NCBI GenBank assembly: GCA_000175855.1
Contig: ACYB01000035.1
Coordinates: forward strand, 120,001-152,000
Length of the DNA stretch: 32,000 bases
Direction: 5' to 3'
Source: Raphidiopsis brookii D9
GTDB taxonomy: Bacteria; Cyanobacteriota; Cyanobacteriia; Cyanobacteriales; Nostocaceae
A model generated the notes under the pieces. That model was not told where the DNA came from and searched no databases. It was given only the letters and a program-made list of their open reading frames with translations. Shown here piece after piece: positions 1 to 9,421 of the stretch (its first letter is position 1; each line of letters opens with the position of its first letter). The translations under genes and the position numbers were made by a program.

Positions 1-14
1 GAAATGTCGGCGTT

Positions 15-914
15 ATGGCAAGTAGTAGGAAATTGCCATTTAGGAAAGTCAAAGTGGAATTTAATCAACAACTTTTAAAACATTACTGGAAACGTCACTT
101 AGAATCAGAACACCAACAGCCACATTTATTCAGTTCTGTGCACGTTTTTGACAGTTTGCCGTCAACAAATCAAATGGCGTGGCAATTATTGAGTCAAGGG
201 GAAAAACAGGGATGTGTAGTGATTGCCCAACAGCAAACTGGGGGAAAGGGACAGTGGGGAAGACAATGGCTATCTCCCCAGGGCGGATTATATATTTCCC
301 TGGGCATACCTTTACAACTGGAAGTTGCCAATGGGTATCAACTAACTTTGGCCAGTGCTTGGGGAATTGCATCCCAGTTAGAAAATTGTGGCGTGGAAGC
401 AAGAATAAAGTGGCCAAATGATTTAGTATTAAATCGTCGTAAACTGGGAGGGATTTTAACAGAAACTAAAGTTCAACAAGGACAAATTACCCAGGTGGTC
501 ATTGGCGTAGGTGTCAACTGGAAAAATCCCGTGCCAGAAACCGGTATTAACCTACATTCTTGGCAAAACGAGAATTTATCGCCAATTTCTGGACTAGAAA
601 TGCTTGCTGCTCAGGTTTTGCTGGGAATAGGGTTCGGTCTCGATTGTTGGCAAAAGGAAGGAATAAGCATTCTTTTGTCCCGTTATCTGGATTTACTTAT
701 CAATTTGGGTGATCAAGTATATGTCAATATCCCATTTTCAAAGGGAAATGAGGATCATTGGCTTGGAACTAGTGTTTTGGCTACCGTGGTTGGGGTTACA
801 CCCCAAGGTCATTTGCGCCTACAAACATCCGGAAATAGAGAGGAACTCACACAACGAGAAATTTCCCTCGAACCAGGTACAATCAGTTTGGGTTACACTC
901 AATTCTCTGTTTAG
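15..914 (+). CDS. birA: Biotin--[acetyl-CoA-carboxylase] ligase (BirA/BPL family)
   Basis: 299-aa ORF with biotin ligase motifs: STNQMAWQLL, GKGQWGRQWLSPQGGLYISLGI, IKWPNDLVLNRRKLGGILTE, GVGVNWKNP. The frame is open to the left window edge, so the true start could lie upstream. Confidence 0.93.
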   Translation: MASSRKLPFRKVKVEFNQQLLKHYWKRHLESEHQQPHLFSSVHVFDSLPSTNQMAWQLLSQGEKQGCVVIAQQQTGGKGQWGRQWLSPQGGLYISLGIPLQLEVANGYQLTLASAWGIASQLENCGVEARIKWPNDLVLNRRKLGGILTETKVQQGQITQVVIGVGVNWKNPVPETGINLHSWQNENLSPISGLEMLAAQVLLGIGFGLDCWQKEGISILLSRYLDLLINLGDQVYVNIPFSKGNEDHWLGTSVLATVVGVTPQGHLRLQTSGNREELTQREISLEPGTISLGYTQFSV

Positions 915-953
915 TCATACCATTCTTAAACTTACCCACAAATTAAGGAAAAA

Positions 954-2435
954 ATGTCCCATTCCCATAGATCTACTAAAAAGCAAAGACGGTATAATCG
1001 AAATTTAACAGGCAGACGTTTTGCTTGTACAGTACCTCTATCATGGTTGAGCAGTATTAGTTTAATAAGTGGTGGTTTTGTATTTGCCCAAACTGAATCA
1101 CCACTAAATAATATTGTCTCTACTGTGGAAGTTTCTCAACCAACTACGTTGGGAGATAAAGGGCAAAATGGTAATAAATCCGTACCAGTGGAATCAGAGT
1201 CAGAAAGTTCTCCAACTTCAGTAATCCTGAAGGTTCCCGTACCTCCTGTACAAAACTCACTACCTGAAGCATTATCAAATAGTACGCGATCGCTTGAGAA
1301 AACATCTACACCAGTCATTCCAGCAACTGGTGAAATTGGTAATAGCAACAGCCAGATTACAGGTAAGGATTATAATGGTAGCCAAATTGATCCCACCGAA
1401 TATAACGGAAATAGGAGTGATGAATATGATGCACCTAGCTCCGTGGAAGTTACGGTAAGAGATCAAGGTTGTAAAGTGGTTACCTCCCAGGTTAAAAAAT
1501 CTCCTGGTACTTGTACTCAAAAAAATCCCTCTAAACCATCAGTGGTAAATTCTACTCCAAAATCACCACCTACTTGGTTGACAAAAAGTTCACCTGCAAG
1601 TGTAAGCACAAGCCCGATTAAAACAATCCCCAATCACAACACAGGGGAAACTGTCATTTCCCAAAATCAGAATAGTCTAAAAGCCAATTCCCGTAATAGA
1701 AGCGCTGAAAGACAGGTTTATATGGAGATGAGTTTAAAAAAAGTTAGCTACAATCAACCTCGGATCCCTGACCCCAGGGAATTTTCTTCTAGCAAAATGG
1801 TCACCCCAAGCACTTCTGGTTTTGGCACCCTACCACCACCAATGATAGAAGGAAAGGTGCCACCCCGTCCCAGTAAGGTTTCCTATGATTTTGATCTGGC
1901 ATCGGTTTTACCAGAAGGCCCTTATATAGTTTCCTTTGCTGATAATAGCACTATTTCCAGTAGTATTTCGGGTTTTACATTTCCTTTATCTTTTGCAGCG
2001 CCTATTACCTCCGTATTTGGTTGGAGAACACATCCTATCACAGGCCATCGCCGTTTCCATACTGGGATGGATATTGCCGCACCCACAGGAACACCAATTT
2101 TGGCAGCAGAGAATGGACAAGTGGAAATGGCTGATTGGATGGGTGGTTATGGTTTAGCAGTAACTATTAATCATAGCCAGGGACAACAAACTCTTTACGG
2201 TCACATGTCGGAAATTTCAGTGCGTCCTGGACAATGGGTAGAGTCAGGAATGATCATCGGTCGTGTGGGTAGCACGGGTAACTCCACAGGTCCTCACCTT
2301 CATTTTGAGGTTCGTCACCTGAGTGCCAATGGCTGGGTTGCTGTGGATCCTAGCATGCAGTTACAGGACGGAATCAATAGTCTTTATAGTAGAGTTGCCT
2401 ACAACTACAACCCCCAAAGCAAACAACTACGATAA
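954..2435 (+). CDS. M23 family metallopeptidase (LytM-type peptidoglycan endopeptidase)
   Basis: ATG preceded by an AAGGAAAA SD-like sequence. C-terminal M23 motifs: SVFGWRTHPITGHRRFHTGMDIAAPTGTPILAAENGQV and GNSTGPHLHFEVR. Long Ser/Pro/Thr-rich N-terminal region. Confidence 0.93.
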   Translation: MSHSHRSTKKQRRYNRNLTGRRFACTVPLSWLSSISLISGGFVFAQTESPLNNIVSTVEVSQPTTLGDKGQNGNKSVPVESESESSPTSVILKVPVPPVQNSLPEALSNSTRSLEKTSTPVIPATGEIGNSNSQITGKDYNGSQIDPTEYNGNRSDEYDAPSSVEVTVRDQGCKVVTSQVKKSPGTCTQKNPSKPSVVNSTPKSPPTWLTKSSPASVSTSPIKTIPNHNTGETVISQNQNSLKANSRNRSAERQVYMEMSLKKVSYNQPRIPDPREFSSSKMVTPSTSGFGTLPPPMIEGKVPPRPSKVSYDFDLASVLPEGPYIVSFADNSTISSSISGFTFPLSFAAPITSVFGWRTHPITGHRRFHTGMDIAAPTGTPILAAENGQVEMADWMGGYGLAVTINHSQGQQTLYGHMSEISVRPGQWVESGMIIGRVGSTGNSTGPHLHFEVRHLSANGWVAVDPSMQLQDGINSLYSRVAYNYNPQSKQLR

Positions 2436-2459
2436 AGCTGTTTCCAAAATGGTACAAGC

Positions 2460-3134
2460 CTAGACATAACCATGTTCCATTAAAAACCCTAGTGTGATTT
2501 CCTCTGGAGCTTGATGTTCTTGGTGTGACATGGAAAGGAACTTTTCTACATATTTACCGAGGATATCAGCTTCCAGATTCACCCAACTACTGTGGACTAA
2601 ACAGTTCAGATTAGTTTCTGAGTATGTGACTGGAATTACAGCTACAGTGAACTGGTAGTGTTCAGGCTGATATCTGGCCACCGTGAGACTAATGCCATTA
2701 ATAGCGATGCTACCTTTGGGAACAATATAGCGAGCTATGTCAGGTGGTGCAATAAAAGTCATTTCCCAAGAGCTGGCTGTTTGTGTTGAGGAAACTAACT
2801 CACCAATTCCATCCACATGACCCATAACAAAGTGACCCCCTACCTTACCCCCCACGCGTAGGGAAGTTTCCAAATTCACATATCTACTCTGAACCTCCTT
2901 TGTGCCTAAAGTTGTTCGCTGTAGGGTTTCCGGTGAAGCAGTGGCGATAAAGCCCTCCTGGAGAAGTTCTTCTACTGTTAGACATACACCATCTACGGAT
3001 ACACTATCACCATAATTTAAATCTTTGATAATTGAACTTATAGGACTTGTTAACGAATTAATAAGTGTAATCTGCCATAAATCCCCTGACAAAGGTTTAA
3101 TCTTACCTAGTCCTTGAATCAAGCCTGTAAACAT
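2460..3134 (-). CDS. ribE: Riboflavin synthase, alpha subunit
   Basis: MFTGLIQGLG start and two lumazine-binding repeats (GDSVSVDGVCLTV / GSIAINGISLTV; GHFVMGHVDGIG). Confidence 0.95.
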   Translation of the reverse strand: MFTGLIQGLGKIKPLSGDLWQITLINSLTSPISSIIKDLNYGDSVSVDGVCLTVEELLQEGFIATASPETLQRTTLGTKEVQSRYVNLETSLRVGGKVGGHFVMGHVDGIGELVSSTQTASSWEMTFIAPPDIARYIVPKGSIAINGISLTVARYQPEHYQFTVAVIPVTYSETNLNCLVHSSWVNLEADILGKYVEKFLSMSHQEHQAPEEITLGFLMEHGYV

Positions 3135-3534
3135 AATTAACCTGCCAAATTAACTCTAATTGTGTCACAATCTGCCGTTTTGAGGAAAAAAAAGCAGTAA
3201 TTGCGCATAAAAATCTTCAAAACTTCTCCAATCTTACAGACACTTCCAAACAATTGGTCAAATTTTCCCAACTGATTAAAATTCACACATTCACATCAAT
3301 CTCAAGGCATACTTGATTAAGATGATAATTGTGGAGGAGGATAATTTGGCCTAGGTCATTAGCAATAATAAAGTCTAGATAAAGTCCAGATGGTCTGGGT
3401 TTTATTCAGCAGTCTAATACAAGTCATTCTAGAGAAGAAAAACCTTATGTTTGCTTCTGTTTCACCCAACTGGCTCAAAGGTAATTTCTACCACATAGCA
3501 CTCACGCTAAACAAGGATTTGAGAGGGTTAGCCA

Positions 3535-4032
3535 ATGATTGAAATGAGAGTCGCTGGTATAGCATTAGATGCCATAACCCGCACCCCGATCGTACTCCTG
3601 AAAGATAGTTCAGACCGTCGAGCTTTACCAATCTACATTGGTCAAGAGCAAGCTAGAGCTATCATGGGTGCTATGGAGCATCAAAAACCACCCAGACCTC
3701 TAACTCATGACCTCATGGTCAATATTTTGGAAGTATGGGATATGACCCTAGAAAAGGTCATTATTCATTCTTTACAAAAGGATACTTTCTATGCAGCTTT
3801 AATTGTTCAGCAAGGTGATGTGAAAAAGGAGATTGATTCTCGTCCCAGTGATGCGATCGCCATTGCTTTACGTACAAATTCGCCTATTTGGGTGATGGAA
3901 GAAGTGGTGGCGGATGCTTCTATTCCTGTAAACCGTGATGCTGATGAAGCTGAACAGGAAGCGTTTCGGGAATTTGTTTCCAATCTTCGTCCAGAGGATT
4001 TAATTAAACGATTTGGCAATAGTGATGGTTAA
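3535..4032 (+). CDS. Bifunctional nuclease (DUF151) family protein
   Basis: 165 aa with VLLKDSSDRRALPIYIGQEQARAI, RPLTHDLMVNIL and DSRPSDAIAIALRTNSPIWV, typical of DUF151. Confidence 0.9.
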   Translation: MIEMRVAGIALDAITRTPIVLLKDSSDRRALPIYIGQEQARAIMGAMEHQKPPRPLTHDLMVNILEVWDMTLEKVIIHSLQKDTFYAALIVQQGDVKKEIDSRPSDAIAIALRTNSPIWVMEEVVADASIPVNRDADEAEQEAFREFVSNLRPEDLIKRFGNSDG

Positions 4033-4108
4033 GGTGTTCACTGACCATTTTTGACCATGCTTCTTCTACAGCCATTTCTATAGTGGAACTACTCTCTAAA
4101 TTTGGGTC

Positions 4109-5239
4109 ATGAAATACCGTCGTTTTGGTAAAACTAATTTAGAATTATCCGTGTTTTCTCTGGGGACAATGCGGTGTATAACTGATGTGGAAATTTTCCA
4201 TCACACTATAGAAAAGGCTTTAGAATGGGGAATTAATCATTTGGAGACTGCTAGGGGTTACGGTAAAAGTGAGGAGTATTTAGGTACAGCTATTAAAACA
4301 GGTTTATCAGTACCCCGAAGTCGATTTCATATTACAACTAAAATTCCTCCTTGTGCAGATAATAGCACTATGGAGCGACATATTAATGAGTCTTTAGAGA
4401 AACTAAATGTTGATTATTTAGATGCTTTGGGTATTCATGGCTTGAATACAGAGCAGCATTGGCAATGGGTAAAGTCTAATAACGGCTGTATGAAAGCTAT
4501 ACAGAAAGCAATAGAAGATGGTAGAATTAAACATGTTGGTTTTTCTACCCATGGTAGTTTAAAGATTATTTTGGATGCCATTAATACAGATTATTTTGAG
4601 TTTGTGAATTTGCATTATTATTATTTTTTCCAGCGCAATAATTTAGCGGTTACAGCAGCAATAGAAAAAGATATGGGTGTATTTATTATTTCTCCTGCAG
4701 ATAAGGGTGGGAGACTGTATACACCATCGGATAAATTAAAGGAACTGTGTCAACCGTTCACTCCTCTGGAATTGAATTATCGGTTTTTGTTGAGTGATTC
4801 GCGAATTACTACCCTAAGTGTAGGTGCTGCAAATCCAGAGGAATTAAGCTTACCCTTGGCAGTTTGTGATAATATTAGTAATTTAACACCAGCAGAAGTC
4901 AAAGTTTTTAAAAACTTAGAAAATTACCAAACCCAAATTTTGGGAACTGATAAATGTAGTCAGTGTTATGATTGTTTACCCTGTCCAGAAAATATCAACA
5001 TCCCTGAGATATTAAGGTTACGAAATTTAACAGTTGCCTACAATATGATTGATTATGGCAAATATCGTTATGGAATGTTGGAAAATGCTGGTCATTGGTT
5101 TCTTGGTATGAGGGGAAACCGATGCACAGAGTGTGGTGATTGCTTACCCAAATGTCCTGAGAATTTGGATATTCCTCATTTGTTGCAAAATGCCCATGAA
5201 ACATTAAATGGCAAAACCAGCAGAAGATTATGGGATTAA
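4109..5239 (+). CDS. Aldo/keto reductase with C-terminal ferredoxin-like Cys clusters
   Basis: N-terminal AKR motifs (MKYRRFGKTNLELSVFSLGTMRC, HLETARGYGKSEEYLG). C-terminal CSQCYDCLPCP and CTECGDCLPKCP predict 4Fe-4S binding. Confidence 0.92.
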   Translation: MKYRRFGKTNLELSVFSLGTMRCITDVEIFHHTIEKALEWGINHLETARGYGKSEEYLGTAIKTGLSVPRSRFHITTKIPPCADNSTMERHINESLEKLNVDYLDALGIHGLNTEQHWQWVKSNNGCMKAIQKAIEDGRIKHVGFSTHGSLKIILDAINTDYFEFVNLHYYYFFQRNNLAVTAAIEKDMGVFIISPADKGGRLYTPSDKLKELCQPFTPLELNYRFLLSDSRITTLSVGAANPEELSLPLAVCDNISNLTPAEVKVFKNLENYQTQILGTDKCSQCYDCLPCPENINIPEILRLRNLTVAYNMIDYGKYRYGMLENAGHWFLGMRGNRCTECGDCLPKCPENLDIPHLLQNAHETLNGKTSRRLWD

Positions 5240-5566
5240 ATCATCCCTATAACCTTGGCGATCGCATTTATTGGATTAAGCTGTCATGCAGCTAGATTAT
5301 ATAATAGAAAATTAAGTAATCAAGCGATCGCCCCGTAAATTATGCCAGCAAAAAACCATTTATCCAAAGAGAGGTTAAAGAAAAGTTTTAACCTCCCAAT
5401 ATCATTTCATTGCTCCTGATTTTTTATTTGGTTGACACCCAATTGAGACAGAATAATTGCCAAGCGCTCTAGTGTCTCCGGTGAAAGTCCTTCTAAGAAG
5501 TCTGGAGGAGAATATTGCTTTATTATTTCTTCAGTCGGTGTAATAAGTAATATATTAATAACATAT

Positions 5567-6211
5567 TTAAGGGGACAATCGCTCTATCTTCCAATCATGA
5601 TTATGCAACCGGGTATACAGTAATCTATCGTGTAAACGACTAGAGCGCCCCTGCCAAAATTCAATTTGCTGAGGAATCACTCGAAACCCTCCCCAGTGAG
5701 GAGGTCGGGGTATTAATTGATTTTCATATTGCTGCTCAAGTTCTGCCAATTTTGATTGCAAAAACTCCCGATGGGGAATGACTTCACTTTGATTAGAAGC
5801 CCAAGCACCCAAGCGACTGCCATGGGGACGCACTTCAAAATACCCATCAGACTCTTGGGGGGAAATTCTTTCCACCCCACCAACGATTCTTACCTGACGC
5901 TCCAATTGTGCCCACCAAAAGACTAATGATGCATGGGGATTTATCGCTAACTCTTGTCCTTTATGACTATTATAGTTAGTAAACAACACAAAACCTCTCT
6001 CGTCAAAGTCTTTTAATAAGACCATTCTGGCTGAAGGTTTGCCGTCAGAGCTGCAAGTTGCCAGGGTCATGGCATTAGGTTCGGGTAATTCCGCTGCTAT
6101 AGCTTGATCAAACCACATTCTAAATTGTACAAGGGGATTTACATTAATACTTTTCTCGTCTAGTTCTTGTAAAGAGTAGTCCTGTCTAAGATCCGCTATA
6201 GTTCTATCCAT
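5567..6211 (-). CDS. pdxH: Pyridoxamine 5'-phosphate oxidase
   Basis: 214 aa with [42 protein letters not shown] and [12 protein letters not shown]...W.IERLSP at the C-terminus. Confidence 0.96.
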   Translation of the reverse strand: MDRTIADLRQDYSLQELDEKSINVNPLVQFRMWFDQAIAAELPEPNAMTLATCSSDGKPSARMVLLKDFDERGFVLFTNYNSHKGQELAINPHASLVFWWAQLERQVRIVGGVERISPQESDGYFEVRPHGSRLGAWASNQSEVIPHREFLQSKLAELEQQYENQLIPRPPHWGGFRVIPQQIEFWQGRSSRLHDRLLYTRLHNHDWKIERLSP

Positions 6212-6234
6212 TTTTGTGTTCCTGATTACTAAAC

Positions 6235-7282
6235 ATGCGACTTTCAGCTTCCTTGCAAACTATATTAACATACGGACTGGCTTGCCCACTTATCGCTGTG
6301 AATGTTTGGTTACTCTCTTTGTTGTTCCACTACTTCCAGCATCCAATTACTATTCTCAGCATCGCAGCTATTTTAGCTTTTCTGCTTAACTACCCTGTCC
6401 AGTTACTGGAAAAGGCCAGGATTACTAGAACTTACTCAGTAATCATAGTTTTAGTCATCACTTTAACCCTATTGGTGATTCTAGGTTTTACCCTAGTCCC
6501 CATGTTAGTGGAACAAACAACCCAGCTGCTCAGGAATATCCCTGATTGGGTGACTTCCAGTCAAGAAAATCTAAGTAAGTTACAGGTTTTAGCTCGTCAG
6601 AAGCGCTTACATATTGATTTTAGTGTGGTTAGCAGTCAAATCAATGCCAGTGTGCAAAACATTCTACAACAAATTGCCTCCGGTGCAGTGGGTTTTGCTG
6701 GAACTTTATTGTCCGCACTGTTAAATATAGTTCTAGTCGTCGTATTGGCATTCTATATGCTAATATATGGCGATCGCTTGTGGTCTGGGTTAATTAATCA
6801 ACTACCATCCTATATTGGATTACCCCTGAGCAAATCCTTACAATTGAATTTTCATAACTTTTTTTTTGAGTCAACTGTTGTTAGCATTATTCATGGTAAT
6901 TGCTTTAACACCAATTTTTTTATTTTTAAGAGTTCCCTTTGCTCTATTATTTGCGATTATTATAGGAATCTCCGAACTAGTTCCTGTGATTGGTGCTACT
7001 TTGGGTATAGGGTTAGTGACCTTACTAGTATCCTTACAGACTTGGTGGTTAGCATTTCCAGTAGCAATGGTGGCAATTATCATACAACAGATCAGAGATA
7101 ATATCCTAGCACCCAAATTACTTGGTAATTTTACCGGACTCAATCCCCTATGGATTTTCATTGCCATTTTGATGGGATTTGAAATTGGGGGTTTGCTGGG
7201 GACTTTAGTCGCAGTACCGATTGCGGGTACTATCAAGAGTACAATTGATGCTATTAAAAACAACAAATCTGGAATAACTTAG
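6235..7282 (+). CDS. AI-2E family transporter (permease), frameshifted (1-nt insertion near 6859-6867)
   Basis: ORFs 6235..7101 and 6866..7282 are the two halves of one AI-2E/YdbI/PerM-type protein. The second half carries [15 protein letters not shown] and [23 protein letters not shown]. The join is at a T9 tract. Confidence 0.88.
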
Positions 7283-7311
7283 AATAAACTGGTTTTTAAT
7301 TATACATTTCC

Positions 7312-8118
7312 ATGGATGCCAAAGATCTGTTAGCAACAATTAACAACCTGATTGAACAGGCCAAAAGGGGAGAGATAGATCCCTGGGATGTGGAGGTAGT
7401 GAAGGTAATTGACCGGTATTTAGAATTCATGTCACCCCAAACTATCACTCAAGGTTATGAATCAGATTTGCACCAGTCCGGTCAGGCTTTTCTATCCGCA
7501 TCTATGCTTGTTCTTTTTAAAGCAAATACTTTAATGGAATTGTCAAGAATAGATAGTGAAATAGATAATAGTTCTGAAGATGTAGTTACAGATGATAACA
7601 ATACAGAGTCACATAGTATGAGGTTGCAATTAGAGAGGCAATTGAGAAGGCGCACTGCTGCCATGCCACCACCTAAGCGTCGCGTTACTCTGGTAGAATT
7701 AATCGAGCAGTTACAGATTATGGCCAGTCAGCTAAAGGAAGTGGAGAAGCCAAACAAGTGTGAGCGACTCAGGCGTCAGCCAAGTATGAAAACCATGAAA
7801 GCGGCCCTAGAATTAGCTCACCAAGAAAATCTTACCCAGGTTGCTGTGGAAGTGGAACAGGTGTTGGTTCTAGCAGCAAAAGAAGAAAATTCATCAGAAT
7901 CATCCTGGGGGTTAGAAGAACTGGTACAGTTGTGGAGTGGTACAAAACAAACAAATCAGGTGGATAGAAAATCTAGCAGTGAGCACGATTCTGAACATGG
8001 TAACCTAGTCAGCGTCTTTTGGGCACTATTACTCCTTTGTGCCCAGTCTAAAGTAGAGCTATTCCAGGAAGAATTTTATCAAGAAGTCAAAGTGCGGTTA
8101 TTGGTGAGCCAGCTATAA
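7312..8118 (+). CDS. scpA: Segregation and condensation protein A (ScpA) family
   Basis: 268 aa with LIEQAKRGEIDPWDVEVVKVIDRYL and GQAFLSASMLVLFKANTLMEL. The C-terminus resembles the ScpA winged-helix region (VSVFWALLLLCAQSKVELFQEEFYQEVKV). Confidence 0.85.
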   Translation: MDAKDLLATINNLIEQAKRGEIDPWDVEVVKVIDRYLEFMSPQTITQGYESDLHQSGQAFLSASMLVLFKANTLMELSRIDSEIDNSSEDVVTDDNNTESHSMRLQLERQLRRRTAAMPPPKRRVTLVELIEQLQIMASQLKEVEKPNKCERLRRQPSMKTMKAALELAHQENLTQVAVEVEQVLVLAAKEENSSESSWGLEELVQLWSGTKQTNQVDRKSSSEHDSEHGNLVSVFWALLLLCAQSKVELFQEEFYQEVKVRLLVSQL

Positions 8119-8221
8119 CTAAAAATCCGTCGTTGCCAAAAAGTATTGGATAATCAAACTATAATTGGGTATTTTGATGATAACAAACTGGCTTGTGGTT
8201 GAGGAACAGGAGTAACATTTT

Positions 8222-9390
8222 ATGAAGGCAATGATTCTAGCAGCGGGTAAAGGCACTCGTGTACGCCCCATTACATATACCATTCCTAAACCAATGATTC
8301 CCATTCTACAAAAGCCAGTAATGGAGTTTTTGCTAGAGTTGTTACGTAAACATGGGTTTGACCAGATTATGGTTAATGTGAGCCATTTAGCTGAGGAGAT
8401 AGAAAATTATTTCCGTGATGGTCAAAGGTTCGGAGTGCAGATTGGTTATTCTTTTGAGGGTAAAATAGACGATCAAGGGAAATTAGTGGGGAAGTTATTG
8501 GTTCAGCTGGGGGAATGCGACGTATCCAGGATTTCTCACCTTTTTTTGATGACACATTTGTGGTTTTGTGTGGTGATGCTTTAATTGATTTAGACCTAAC
8601 TGCAGCAGTAAAATGGCATAGGTCTAGGGGTGCAATGGCTACTATTATTACTAAGTCTGTTCCCCAAGAGGAAGTTTCTAGTTATGGCGTGGTGGTCACA
8701 GATAACGAAAACCGAGTGCGAGCTTTTCAGGAAAAACCATCCGTTGAAGAAGCTCTCAGCACCAATATTAACACGGGTATTTATATCTTTGAGCCAGAAG
8801 TATTTAAGTATATCCCATCGGGGGTTCAATATGACATTGGTAGTCAGTTGTTCCCCCACCTGGTAGAAATTAATGCTCCCTTTTATGCTATCCCCATGGA
8901 TTTTGAATGGGTAGATATTGGCAAAGTACCTGACTATTGGCGCGCAATTCGCGGTGTTTTGCTGGGAGAAATTAAAAATGTGCAAATCCCCGGTTATCAA
9001 GTGGCTCCCAGTATTTATACTGGTTTAAATGTAGCTGTAAATTGGGATCGGGTGGATATTACTGGACCTGTTTATATTGGTGCTATGACTCGAATTGAAG
9101 ATGGGGCCAAAATTGTCGGACCATCCATGATTGGACCAAATTGCTGGATTTGTGGTGGTGTGACTGTGGATAATAGCGTAATTTTTGAATGGTCTCGCTT
9201 AGGTCCGGGAGTTCGCTTGATCGATAAGTTGGTATTTGGACGCTATTGTGTAGATAAGATGGGCACCGCAATTGATGTGCAAGCAGCAGCTTTAGACTGG
9301 CTAATTACTGATGCACGTCAAACCCCACCCGCTGAAATTCCTCCAGAACACCAAGCGATCGCCGAGTTCTTGGGAGGAATTACAGTTTAG
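8222..9390 (+). CDS. Sugar-phosphate nucleotidyltransferase (mannose-1-phosphate guanylyltransferase / NDP-sugar pyrophosphorylase type), frameshifted near 8488-8491
   Basis: ORF 8222..8584 begins MKAMILAAGKGTRVRPITYTIPKPMIPILQKPVMEF. ORF 8515..9390 continues MRRIQDFSPFFDDTFVVLCGDALIDLDL...VDIGKVPDYWRA with hexapeptide repeats. Adding one G rebuilds a 389-aa protein. Confidence 0.9.
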
Positions 9391-9421
9391 GAAATGGTAG
9401 GGGAATGGGGAATAACCTTGA

